From Candidatus Omnitrophota bacterium (lineage in GTDB: Bacteria; Omnitrophota; Gorgyraeia; Tantalellales; Tantalellaceae): DNA of 64,000 nt. The notes below the pieces were generated by a model. That model had not been told where the DNA came from, searched no databases, and saw only the letters and a list, made by a program, of their open reading frames with translations. Positions 20,770 to 29,973 of the stretch are shown here, piece after piece. The number at the start of each line of letters is the position of its first letter. The first letter of the stretch is position 1. The position numbers were made by a program, and so were the translations under genes. Location of the stretch: positions 64,189 through 128,188 of the forward strand of contig JADGBR010000004.1 of assembly GCA_015231405.1 (NCBI GenBank), in the 5' to 3' direction.

Positions 20770-21803
20770 AGATAGTCCCAATCGTAAGATCTCCTTGTCA
20801 TGGACCATGGTATGAGTGTGTTCTTAAATTTTTCTCTGACGATCTCCAATTCCTCGTCAGTAGGTTCGGAATGAAAACCCCATTTTTCAAGAAAAAACCC
20901 TTCGACCTTGTCGATATCCTCTTTGATGATATCCCACGACCTTGTGTTCCCGCCGGCCTTATTTCCCCTGAAATGAAAATATTCGATATCGGGGACCCAG
21001 ATATTCGGAAAATTGAGCCGGAGCGCCCTTAACCCCCAATCCTCATCCACCAAAAGAGCGTTCCCGGTCCCCCAGTCATCGCAATCCCCTATTTTATTCA
21101 GTGTTTCCATACGTATAAGCACAAAGTGGTTGAAAGGGGCGTGACATCGGACGATACCCGCGGGCATATCAGCGACAAGACCCCTTATCCTGCCGACGGG
21201 TTTGGGATATGGCAGTGTTTTCCCTGTCAGCTTCCTTAACGAATAATTACAAAAATGATAAAATGTGTCCGCAAGTGGCCCCCGCTTCCACCAGTTTTCG
21301 GGAAAAACATGGAACTGGAATAATTTCCTTCTGTCCCAGCCATTTTCTTGCCTATGGTCTATATGATATCCGGACCTTACAGACGGGCTAAAATCGCCAT
21401 ATTTCCACCCGGTATCCGTAAAGCTCACCCACCCGACCTCGCGGCCTAAACGTTCAAGATAACCACTCACTTTACCATAGAAATCCCCTGTCAAAAGCTC
21501 TATATCGTCATGGGACTTTACAAAATACCTGCACGCTCCGGCTTCTCTTATGGCGGCATTGATAAAAGACGCCCATGAAACATTTTTTTCCTGAAAAACC
21601 CTGAAATTCCCGCTATGTATCGACACATATCTTTTCACAAAACGGCTGACAGCCGGGTCAATGTTCAGACCCAGCGAAATAAGCACTCGCCAATCACAAG
21701 CGCCGATATTACGCCTAAAGGAATCGAAAGCCCTCCCGACGAGTTTTACTGATGAACCCGGAGACCCTACCCTAATGGCGATGATCAGATCATTCATTTC
21801 CAT
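20766..21803 (-). CDS. Hypothetical protein, divergent GT-A (GT2-like) glycosyltransferase
   Basis: INAAI..., KSHDDIE (DxD-like), VDEDWGLR, YFHF pattern resembling a GT2 C-terminal half. Confidence 0.5.
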   Translation of the reverse strand: MEMNDLIIAIRVGSPGSSVKLVGRAFDSFRRNIGACDWRVLISLGLNIDPAVSRFVKRYVSIHSGNFRVFQEKNVSWASFINAAIREAGACRYFVKSHDDIELLTGDFYGKVSGYLERLGREVGWVSFTDTGWKYGDFSPSVRSGYHIDHRQENGWDRRKLFQFHVFPENWWKRGPLADTFYHFCNYSLRKLTGKTLPYPKPVGRIRGLVADMPAGIVRCHAPFNHFVLIRMETLNKIGDCDDWGTGNALLVDEDWGLRALRLNFPNIWVPDIEYFHFRGNKAGGNTRSWDIIKEDIDKVEGFFLEKWGFHSEPTDEELEIVREKFKNTLIPWSMTRRSYDWDYL

Positions 21804-22803
21804 GTCCCGATATATCCATGTATTTACAAGAGTTCTTTACCGTGACGTGGTGGGCTGTATAAAAATCCCGTTTATCCTTCTCATTAGCGAATACCAAAAC
21901 CCCTCCCAAACCCAGGATCTCCCCTTCATAATCCCGGAGCCCCAGGCTCGAGAACGCCGCTACCCTTTTAAATCTATTCATGACAAGTTCCACCGGAATA
22001 TATCTGGATACCTCCCTGGACATCGCCTTGACGCGAAGTCCATCCAGACAGCTTTTATAGCTATTAGGATGGCTTTTATGATAAAGGTTCATCCCCTTCC
22101 CAATTAATGCCAATAGAACAGTCTCAAGTTTTTTACCCGTCTCCGTCACATCCACGCCCTTTATGTCCTGCATCGGATAATCCACTATCAAAAGACTGTT
22201 GGGTAAAACATCCTCAAGTCCTTTTATCCTGGGTCCCAGCGCGCCGGAAAGCTCAGCCCATTCGCGCCCGCCACGCCTCGCCATGGCCGCATCATCATAA
22301 CCATACATTTTAGCCCTATGTCCTGATATTTCTGATATTTTTATCTCGAATCCATATAAAACCCTCATGAGGAAGGAGTATTTGATCGTTTCTTTCAGAT
22401 TCGGCACTACAGGCTTTTTCATGGCGTCCATATGTTTATCGGAATTGATAAATATGATCGTTGCTCCCCTTTTCCTCAAATGGTCTATCAGAAAAAAGAA
22501 TGCCATCGTATACAAGTTGCAAAAATAATAAACTTTGCCTGCCTCACCCGCGAGGAAAGGGAAAGTATCATTCAACCAGCGCCTGACCTTGGCCGGGTTC
22601 GAGATAAACAAAAAACCGCTATCGACCTCGTCAATGTTTATAATTTCGGTCGTATTCGAAACTATGACTTCGCCGAGAAAATCGAACAAGTCACGGTTCG
22701 CGAGGACTACTACCCGATTTATCTCATCCTCGCGGAACACATTGAAAAAATCCTTAAGGCACACATACGAGGACACGCAAAATATGTTCATTTTACCGGC
22801 CAT
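21790..22803 (-). CDS. Hypothetical protein, possible sialyl/nonulosonyl-transferase (GT-B)
   Basis: C-terminal HKSHP, IPVEL and FSS motifs resemble the HP, PxE and SS motifs of bacterial CMP-sugar transferases. Lies downstream of neuABC. Confidence 0.4.
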   Translation of the reverse strand: MAGKMNIFCVSSYVCLKDFFNVFREDEINRVVVLANRDLFDFLGEVIVSNTTEIINIDEVDSGFLFISNPAKVRRWLNDTFPFLAGEAGKVYYFCNLYTMAFFFLIDHLRKRGATIIFINSDKHMDAMKKPVVPNLKETIKYSFLMRVLYGFEIKISEISGHRAKMYGYDDAAMARRGGREWAELSGALGPRIKGLEDVLPNSLLIVDYPMQDIKGVDVTETGKKLETVLLALIGKGMNLYHKSHPNSYKSCLDGLRVKAMSREVSRYIPVELVMNRFKRVAAFSSLGLRDYEGEILGLGGVLVFANEKDKRDFYTAHHVTVKNSCKYMDISGHGNE

Positions 22804-22810
22804 ATTACAC

Positions 22811-24610
22811 CTAAAGGATTTTCGCTATCTCGGTCATGTGCCTGAACCCGGGGCATTTCTCCAGAAGCTCGGCATAAGATCCGGAACCCGCGAGCCCCCC
22901 TTTTTCCAGAAAAAATATCGTATCACAATTCCTTATAGTCGTGAGCCTGTGGGCTATCATTACAACGGTTTTCCTCGCAGTTATCTCTAACAGGACCTTC
23001 ATGAACATGCGCTCGGTTTCATTATCCAGAGCCGCGGTCGCCTCGTCCATCACCAGAACATCCGGATCATGGTACAGCGCCCTCGCTATGCCGACACGCT
23101 GTCTTTCCCCTCCGGAAATACGCGTACCTTTCTCCCCGATAACGGTCCCTATTTTTTCCGGCAAAGAACGGACGAGAGCCTCAAGCTGTGCCATCTTCAA
23201 AACGTCCCACACCCTCCCCTCGTCTATCTCGCCCTCCGGAACGCCGAAGGCGACATTGGCCTTGATCGTATCATCGGAGAGATATATGTCCTGGGGTATA
23301 TACCCGATCTGTCTCTGCCACCCCGCGATATTCCCGGCCACGTCCGCTCCATCCACGCAAACGCTTCCGGCCGTGGGCTTTAAAAGGCCCAGTAAAATAT
23401 CCACCGCCGTCGTCTTCCCTGCGCCCGAAGGCCCTACGAACCCTACGACTTTCCTCACGGGTATATTTATGGATACAGTCTTAAGGGCCAACCCCGCTGA
23501 TCCTTCGTACCTAAAAGAAACATTCCGAAATTCTATGTTCTTCTCGAACGCCGTTTTAACGAAAGTACCGCTCCCCGGGACCATATCCGCCGACCTTTCG
23601 CAATCAACGAGATCCCGGTATATCCGGTTAAAAGACGGAATATAAAAACGTATTGTATTGACCGATGTGCTTATCCTGGTAAGGCTCGGCATAAGTCGGG
23701 CGGCGGCCACTGCCAGCATCGAAAGCCTGAAAAGAACACCCCGACTGTCAGACCCGCTCATCAGAAGACCTATCATGACGAGAAGCACAAGGGCCACCGC
23801 GACCGTCTCTATGTAGAACCTCGGAGCCTGAGTGATAACCTGTTTAAAATGGGCCGCGCGGATGACTTCCTTAAAATGATGGGAATATGCGTCGCTGAAG
23901 AAGTCCTCACAGCCTAATATTTTTGTCTCTTTAATGCTGCCCAGACCCTGGTTAACGTTCTGGATAGTCTTGCCTATATGGTACTGCTGCATCTCGCCAT
24001 GCGCCCGCAATTTTTTTCGTACAAGGACATAAAACAACAGCATGGAAAGCGCCAGAACGGCTATCACGCTCCCTGAAATAACGAAACTCGTCCATAAAAG
24101 CGCCGCGCAGATGATGATAACTACCGCGCCCTCCGTAAATATAAGCAGTATAGGCCACAACAGACCCTGCGACAGGACAAAGACGTTCTGGATATTCCGC
24201 AAAAGCTCGGCGGAGTTCCTCTGGAGATGGAACGTATAAGGGCTTAAAAGATATGAACGATAAAGCCTGGATGAAAGGCGCAAACACTTCCTATTCATAA
24301 AAAGGCTCTGGAAATGGACGGCCAGGCACAGGTAAAGGTTCTTGACAACGAACACCGCGATAAGCCCCGCTCCGGCACATATCATGAACCCGTTGAATGA
24401 GCCCCCGGAAAAACGGACAAATATCCCGTTTAAAAATGGATTTGAGTTAACGAGCTCTGGTCTGTTAAGCAACGCTATGAACGGAAGAAGCGCCCCTATG
24501 CCTATGACCTCGAAGCACGCCCCAGCAAGTATCATGGCCAAAAGGCAAAAGATCCCGATCTTCTCTTTACCGTCGAATATATCCCAGAGTTTCGCTAAGA
24601 GGTCCTTCAT
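22811..24610 (-). CDS. ABC transporter with fused TMD and ATPase (PglK/MsbA-like lipid-linked glycan flippase)
   Basis: N-terminal TM helices, GPSGAGKTT, ISGGERQR, MDEATAALD, IAHR. Confidence 0.88.
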   Translation of the reverse strand: MKDLLAKLWDIFDGKEKIGIFCLLAMILAGACFEVIGIGALLPFIALLNRPELVNSNPFLNGIFVRFSGGSFNGFMICAGAGLIAVFVVKNLYLCLAVHFQSLFMNRKCLRLSSRLYRSYLLSPYTFHLQRNSAELLRNIQNVFVLSQGLLWPILLIFTEGAVVIIICAALLWTSFVISGSVIAVLALSMLLFYVLVRKKLRAHGEMQQYHIGKTIQNVNQGLGSIKETKILGCEDFFSDAYSHHFKEVIRAAHFKQVITQAPRFYIETVAVALVLLVMIGLLMSGSDSRGVLFRLSMLAVAAARLMPSLTRISTSVNTIRFYIPSFNRIYRDLVDCERSADMVPGSGTFVKTAFEKNIEFRNVSFRYEGSAGLALKTVSINIPVRKVVGFVGPSGAGKTTAVDILLGLLKPTAGSVCVDGADVAGNIAGWQRQIGYIPQDIYLSDDTIKANVAFGVPEGEIDEGRVWDVLKMAQLEALVRSLPEKIGTVIGEKGTRISGGERQRVGIARALYHDPDVLVMDEATAALDNETERMFMKVLLEITARKTVVMIAHRLTTIRNCDTIFFLEKGGLAGSGSYAELLEKCPGFRHMTEIAKIL

Positions 24611-24620
24611 GATCTATGCT

Positions 24621-25820
24621 TCATGAGAAATGATCGATCGTCTTTGAAAGAGATCTGGCCTGATCCCCCATTTCCTCATCGTTCTTCTGATTGGTAGTAA
24701 ATTGCATGAGTTGAGGCTGGATCAATTCGGCGTTAGGGCATATCCCCTTATCCGTAACCATCCTGCCGCCAAGGCCTATCGACCTTAACAGCTTTTTCAC
24801 GTCATCGATGCAATCTTCCTGGTATGTGAGCGCCCACGCCGCGTATATCCCGTCCCCCCCGTTCTCCACATGTTTCTTTCTAAAATCAGTCCATTTAATA
24901 TCCTGGCGCAAAAACCTGAGACCAAAGGTAAAATATGAGTTCCTGTCGCCCGCGGGAACGGATTGCGGCTTAAGCCATTCATACCCGGAAATAACGTCCA
25001 GATATAGCCCCGCCATCTTCTCCCTTTTCTCAACGAACCAGTCCAGCTTTTCAAGCTGAGCCAGGGCCAGCGCGGCCGCGACCTCGGATAACCTGTACAT
25101 GAACCCGAACATGTCATGCCGCTTATAAGCCGGGTCCTGGAACAGATTCTTGTCTATGCGGACTTTTCCGGACAGCGCGCTCGCGTTACGGAAACCTATC
25201 GAGCTCAATTTCCTTATCCTGGTCGCGAGAGCTTCATCATTCGTGGCTATTATCCCACCATCGCCGCATGTCAGGTGTTTCGAGTTCTCGAAACTCCAGC
25301 TGCCGACATCGGCGGTAGTTCCGCCTATTTTACCGCGGTGCGTCCCGAGGAAACACTGAGCGCTGTCCTCAAGGACCTTCAAATTAAATTCCCTGGCGAT
25401 ATTCATTATCTCGGTCATGTTACATACCTGCCCATAAAGATGCACGGGCATGATAGCTTTAGTCCGGGATGTGATCTTTTTTCTTACATCGGCCGGATCA
25501 ATGAGAAAAGTATCCTTATCAACGTCCGCGAAAACAGGGACCGCATTGCAATAAAGCACCGCGTACATGCATGAAATGACCGTAAGCGCCGGGATAATGA
25601 CCTCATCCCCGTATCCAACCCCTAAGGCCACGAGCGCCGCGTGAAGCGTCGTCGTGCCGGAATTGAATGTCACGGCGTATCTCATACCAAAGCGCTCGGC
25701 GAAAGCCCTTTCTATCCTTGAATTCATGTTCCCGGAAGTCCCGCTCGCGAAACCGGAATCAAGCACCTCATTGATATACTTTCTTTCCCTTTCATCGAAC
25801 CGCCAGGAGAGATCTCCCAT
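24621..25820 (-). CDS. DegT/DnrJ/EryC1/StrS PLP-dependent aminotransferase
   Basis: NSGTTTLH, GDEVIIP, PVHLYG, EDSAQ, SFENSKHLTCGDGG. ATG 25820 or GTG 25832. Confidence 0.9.
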   Translation of the reverse strand: MGDLSWRFDERERKYINEVLDSGFASGTSGNMNSRIERAFAERFGMRYAVTFNSGTTTLHAALVALGVGYGDEVIIPALTVISCMYAVLYCNAVPVFADVDKDTFLIDPADVRKKITSRTKAIMPVHLYGQVCNMTEIMNIAREFNLKVLEDSAQCFLGTHRGKIGGTTADVGSWSFENSKHLTCGDGGIIATNDEALATRIRKLSSIGFRNASALSGKVRIDKNLFQDPAYKRHDMFGFMYRLSEVAAALALAQLEKLDWFVEKREKMAGLYLDVISGYEWLKPQSVPAGDRNSYFTFGLRFLRQDIKWTDFRKKHVENGGDGIYAAWALTYQEDCIDDVKKLLRSIGLGGRMVTDKGICPNAELIQPQLMQFTTNQKNDEEMGDQARSLSKTIDHFS

Positions 25821-25838
25821 GATACCCGTCACCTCCGT

Positions 25839-26552
25839 CTAATGAGTTCCGCGCTTTTTCATTATTTCCTCTATGATTGCAAGGTCCCACTCATCGTCCA
25901 CCTCGTAATTCTGCCACCTCTCTATAAAAAGAGGGATAGTCCTGGCCGTATCGAACGTTCTTGCCCTGCAAAAGGGCCCGACCTTCGCGAGATACAGAAC
26001 TCCATACGGGAAGTAGGCTTTTCCCCTGTCCTGGCGGCGGTAGACAGCCTTCAGCCCCGAATACGGCAGCATCCTTCCGGAGCTGATCTTTTTCGCCAAA
26101 CATGGATGCTCCAGGTGTATTTCACCCAGCGTCATGAGATTGTCCATCCCAGGCTTCCCGATCAATTCCTTTATGCCATTATCGATATCCTCATCCCTTC
26201 TTAACGGCGAAGTAGGCTCCAAAAGGGCGATGAAATCGAACGATACCCCTTTCTTCTTAAAATGCCCCAGAGCATGAAGTATGACATCGGAAGCTTTCGC
26301 GGTATCGGACGCCAGCTTTCGCGGACGGATAAAAGGGACTTCCGCCCCGCACTGAACGGAAATATCCGCGATCTCACGGTCATCCGTCGAAACGACCACT
26401 TTGTCGGCATATTCGCTTTTCATAGCCTGCTCTATCGTCCAGGCTATGAGAGGCTTGCCCCCCAGATCCCTGATATTTTTACGGGGAAGGCCTTTACTCC
26501 CGCCCCTGGCCGGTATAAGAGCCAATATTTTTTTTCCTTTGTACATTGTCAT
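25839..26552 (-). CDS. neuA: Acylneuraminate cytidylyltransferase (CMP-nonulosonate synthetase)
   Basis: IPARGGSKGLPRKN, VVSTDD, PFIRP, LEPTSPLR. Confidence 0.9.
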   Translation of the reverse strand: MTMYKGKKILALIPARGGSKGLPRKNIRDLGGKPLIAWTIEQAMKSEYADKVVVSTDDREIADISVQCGAEVPFIRPRKLASDTAKASDVILHALGHFKKKGVSFDFIALLEPTSPLRRDEDIDNGIKELIGKPGMDNLMTLGEIHLEHPCLAKKISSGRMLPYSGLKAVYRRQDRGKAYFPYGVLYLAKVGPFCRARTFDTARTIPLFIERWQNYEVDDEWDLAIIEEIMKKRGTH

Positions 26553-26572
26553 CCCTTACGATCTTTTTTTCG

Positions 26573-27655
26573 TTAACCTTTAAGACTGTCGCTGACAAGC
26601 CTTATATCGCACCGGGAACTGCATTTGTAATTGCCGGGAAATCCACCGTATATGTGCCGCTTCCTGAATTCCTCATAGCGCTTTCCATTCCATATTTCCC
26701 CGAGAGTCTCGGTAGAAACGTTGCCCATGACCATCTCGGCATTGTAGTCCTGCGTACAAGGGACCACGGACCCGTCGGCCATGACCGTCAGGGACATCCA
26801 CGGGAATTCGCAATACTGCGACTCGTAATGCGATCTGCATTCAAGTTCCTCGGACCCTTCATAAAGCCATCTATTGTCCTGGCTTTTCACATAGGCATAC
26901 ACCGGCTCCTCCCGCCATAAGCTCAGAAAATCCTCGCACATCTTTTCCATATGCGGTCCGGACTCAAGAGCCAGCATCACAACGGTTATCTTTGTTTTAA
27001 TGGCCGGATCTCTCTCCTTGATACTTATCAGCTCCTTGACCTTCCTGTACGAATCTGTGAAATTGCTTTTTTCACCTCGTATCTTTTTCTCAGTCAAATC
27101 GTCCAAGCTGTCCATAGAAAATTTAATGACGCCAAGACCGTTTTTCATCATTTCGGCGACTTTCTCCACCTTTATGTTCGCCGGCATACATGAAAAGTAA
27201 GTAGGCACACCCATCCTCGTACATGCTTTTATCCTTTCACCTATATGCGGATCAAGAAGAGGGTCGCCGAACCCATGCAGAACAAGATATCTTGAACTAG
27301 TATAGAAATAAAAAGCGTTCTCACTCATCTCCGAAGGATAAATAGAATATGTCCTCTGAATAAACCCGTCAAAATCGTCCAGGTCCTCTCCGGTGAAAGG
27401 TTTGATCTGTGACAAGACCTTTTCAAAAAGCTCCATGTCCATAGTCTTGATGGGGCGATCCATAAGAGTCGTACGCGGACACATGATACAAGTCATGTTA
27501 CATACGTTAGTAGTTTCGATATTAAAAACGGCCGGCAACCTTGAACGCTCGCGCTCGAAAAACGCGGCTATTTCTTCCTCACCAGGTTTTTCATCCGGAC
27601 CGGTTATCCTTCTTTTTATATCCCCGCAAACCCTGAAAAACCGAATATCATACAT
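26573..27655 (-). CDS. Radical SAM protein with SPASM/twitch domain
   Basis: ETTNVCNMTCIMCP; C-terminal CEFPW..VMADGSVVPCTQD..MGNV...IWNG...CSSRC. Confidence 0.88.
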   Translation of the reverse strand: MYDIRFFRVCGDIKRRITGPDEKPGEEEIAAFFERERSRLPAVFNIETTNVCNMTCIMCPRTTLMDRPIKTMDMELFEKVLSQIKPFTGEDLDDFDGFIQRTYSIYPSEMSENAFYFYTSSRYLVLHGFGDPLLDPHIGERIKACTRMGVPTYFSCMPANIKVEKVAEMMKNGLGVIKFSMDSLDDLTEKKIRGEKSNFTDSYRKVKELISIKERDPAIKTKITVVMLALESGPHMEKMCEDFLSLWREEPVYAYVKSQDNRWLYEGSEELECRSHYESQYCEFPWMSLTVMADGSVVPCTQDYNAEMVMGNVSTETLGEIWNGKRYEEFRKRHIYGGFPGNYKCSSRCDIRLVSDSLKG

Positions 27656-27681
27656 AACTATTCCCCGCCGGAGCCGTAAGG

Positions 27682-28809
27682 CTAAACTGTATCGACAAAA
27701 TATTTCTGAAGTTTCACATCCCAGAACCCGGGCCTTTTTACCGTCCTGATGAACCGCTCGGCGCTTTTACCGTCGCCGAAGTGCATTGACCTTTTCTTTT
27801 TTATCCCGGGCACCTTATTGATAGCCGTAAGAATGTCTTCTTTTGATCCCAGACAATTAATTATGGTATCGCATAAATAGCGCCGCTCCTGGCGGTTCCC
27901 GATATTGACGCTCGGAATAGAATATATCGGCGCTTCTCTTATGCCCGCGCTGGAGTTCCCGATTATGAACTCGCAATGTTTAAGAAGCACCAGAAAACTC
28001 TCGAAACGCGTCGAAGGGAATATCCTAAAACGCGGATTACCCCTATAAAGCTCGATCTCCTCAATAATAATGTCAGCCCCGGGGTCATTGTTGGGATATA
28101 TGAGAATATAGTTCCTTCCCGACTCGATCAAAGACTCCATGACCGCCCTGAAATCTCTCAGAAGGTTGTGAAGATTGTGGCTGACCGGATGATAGATGCA
28201 CATGGCGTATTTATCTTTGAACGGTATAGCGTAATGCCTTTTCACCGTATCAAGAGCAGGAAGGCTATCGGAGACCATCAAATCTATATCTGGAGACCCT
28301 ATCACATTTATACTTTTGGGGTCCTCGCCCATGCGTAGAAGCCTTTTACGCGCCTCATCATTAGCCGCGAAATGCACATGCGCCAGTTTCGAGACGGCAT
28401 GCCTGATAGACTCGTCGATCGCCCCGGAAACCTCTCCTCCTTCAATGTGCGCCACAAAGAAATTATTCAATACCCCTGAAATAGCCCCGGCGAGAGCCTC
28501 GGTACGGTCGCCGTGAATGACCAGCATGTCCGGCTTCAAAAGATGCAGGTAATTGCCCAGGCCCTGGACGGTATTGGTAAATATCGTATCCAATGAGTCA
28601 CCGAGTTTCTGGTTGATGAAATAATGTATTTTCTTAAAACCCCTTTTTTTGACTTCGCTGGCGGTGTTCCCGTATTTTGGGAGCATGTGCATGCCTGTAA
28701 CGAATATGTACAGCTTAAACCCCCGTTCCTTTTCTAACGCGTGCATCAAAGGCCGTAATTTCCCGAAATCGGCCCGAGACCCGGTAAGGAATAAGATCTT
28801 TTTAACCAT
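27682..28809 (-). CDS. neuC: UDP-N-acetylglucosamine 2-epimerase (hydrolysing)
   Basis: TGSRADFGKL, VTGMHM, HGDRTEALAGA, HIEGGEVSG, IGSPDID, YPNNDPG, GNSSAGIREAP. Confidence 0.93.
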   Translation of the reverse strand: MVKKILFLTGSRADFGKLRPLMHALEKERGFKLYIFVTGMHMLPKYGNTASEVKKRGFKKIHYFINQKLGDSLDTIFTNTVQGLGNYLHLLKPDMLVIHGDRTEALAGAISGVLNNFFVAHIEGGEVSGAIDESIRHAVSKLAHVHFAANDEARKRLLRMGEDPKSINVIGSPDIDLMVSDSLPALDTVKRHYAIPFKDKYAMCIYHPVSHNLHNLLRDFRAVMESLIESGRNYILIYPNNDPGADIIIEEIELYRGNPRFRIFPSTRFESFLVLLKHCEFIIGNSSAGIREAPIYSIPSVNIGNRQERRYLCDTIINCLGSKEDILTAINKVPGIKKKRSMHFGDGKSAERFIRTVKRPGFWDVKLQKYFVDTV

Positions 28810-29839
28810 TAGTATCTCTCCACTTTAACTGTGAATCCATCGCGATGTTATCCTTCGCTTTTTTCCCAAGCAGACTTTTGAAAGATACTGCCTTAATCTC
28901 GCCGGTACCGGGGCGTTTCACCCAGATATTATCGGGAGTAAATTTCTCGTTTTTCTTTATGTCGCGTATCGCCACGACGGAAGCGTAGGCGAAATTTATG
29001 ACAGGCATTTCCTCAGACAATATCTCTTTCTTTCCTCCCATGGCCTGCCATACCGCTTTCGCCCCCTTCACAAGCTCCGATAGCTCTCCCGGTTCGATCG
29101 AGATAGAAATATCCGGGCCCGGCCATTTTCGGCTAACCGTAAAATGTTTTTCCAAAACACACGCTCCGAAAGATACCGCCCCCAGGCATGTATATATCCC
29201 CTGGGAATGGTCGCTCAATCCCACCGGAAGTCCAAAGATATCCATCAGCTGTCCGATGGCCCCCAGCCGGACCTTTTCATAGGGTGTCGGATATATAGAA
29301 GTACAATGCATGAGCATGACCGGAGTTTTATACTTTCTGATAACTTTCAAGGTTTTGCCTATGGAGCCGATATCATTCATCCCGGTAGAAAGGATCATCG
29401 GCTTGCCCTTTTTAGCTATATGTTCAATAAGAGGGAGGTTATTACATTCTCCGGACCCTATTTTAAAAGCCGGAACGTCCATCCTTGAAAGCCTGTCGGC
29501 GGCTTCCCTGGAAAACGGCGTCGACAGGTACATTATATTATTTTTTTCACAGTATTTCTTGATACGCTTTTCCTCATCTTCACTTAATTCACAGCGCTTG
29601 ATTATATCCCATACGCTTTCACTCGATAATTTACCGGGCTTGGCTTTGGATTTTATCATTTCGGCCTCGGCAATATGGGATTGGAACTTAATGCAATCCG
29701 CTTTAGCGATGACGGCCGCGTCTACAAGCTTGAGCGCCTTATCAAAAGAACCTTCATGGTTTATCCCGGCTTCAGCGATTACAAAAGGAGGATGCCCCGC
29801 CCCTACTTTCCTATCCCCAATTCTCATATTTTTCATCAT
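28802..29839 (-). CDS. neuB: N-acetylneuraminate synthase
   Basis: IAEAGINHEG, STPFSR, FKIGSGECNN, ILSTGM, HCTSIYPT, GLSDH, EKHFT, GPD; C-terminal SAF domain (VKRPGTG). Confidence 0.93.
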   Translation of the reverse strand: MMKNMRIGDRKVGAGHPPFVIAEAGINHEGSFDKALKLVDAAVIAKADCIKFQSHIAEAEMIKSKAKPGKLSSESVWDIIKRCELSEDEEKRIKKYCEKNNIMYLSTPFSREAADRLSRMDVPAFKIGSGECNNLPLIEHIAKKGKPMILSTGMNDIGSIGKTLKVIRKYKTPVMLMHCTSIYPTPYEKVRLGAIGQLMDIFGLPVGLSDHSQGIYTCLGAVSFGACVLEKHFTVSRKWPGPDISISIEPGELSELVKGAKAVWQAMGGKKEILSEEMPVINFAYASVVAIRDIKKNEKFTPDNIWVKRPGTGEIKAVSFKSLLGKKAKDNIAMDSQLKWRDTNG

Positions 29840-29897
29840 TTCACCCCATTTGATCGGCAGAATCGTTTAAATCGTTTAAAATGCTTTTAACGCAACT

Positions 29898-29925
29898 ATT
29901 ATATTTAATTAAACCCTTTTGTCAA
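29898..29925 (-). promoter_or_regulatory. Consensus sigma70 promoter upstream of neuB
   Basis: Minus strand TTGACA-16 nt-TATAAT. Confidence 0.7.
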
Positions 29926-29973
29926 TTGCCAACAGATCAGTTGACCACTTAATAAGCAATTAGGCTCAGGTCT

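Noticed and set aside
26573-27655. RiPP maturase or anaerobic sulfatase maturase role for the SPASM radical SAM protein
   Set aside because: No precursor peptide ORF nearby, it is embedded in the neu operon, and the only sulfatase-like protein lacks the Cys/Ser target.
24621-29839. Canonical legionaminic or pseudaminic acid pathway
   Set aside because: No LegB/PseB dehydratase, PseG/PseH or LegH in the block, and NeuB/NeuC motifs look Neu5Ac-type. Not fully excluded without a phylogeny.
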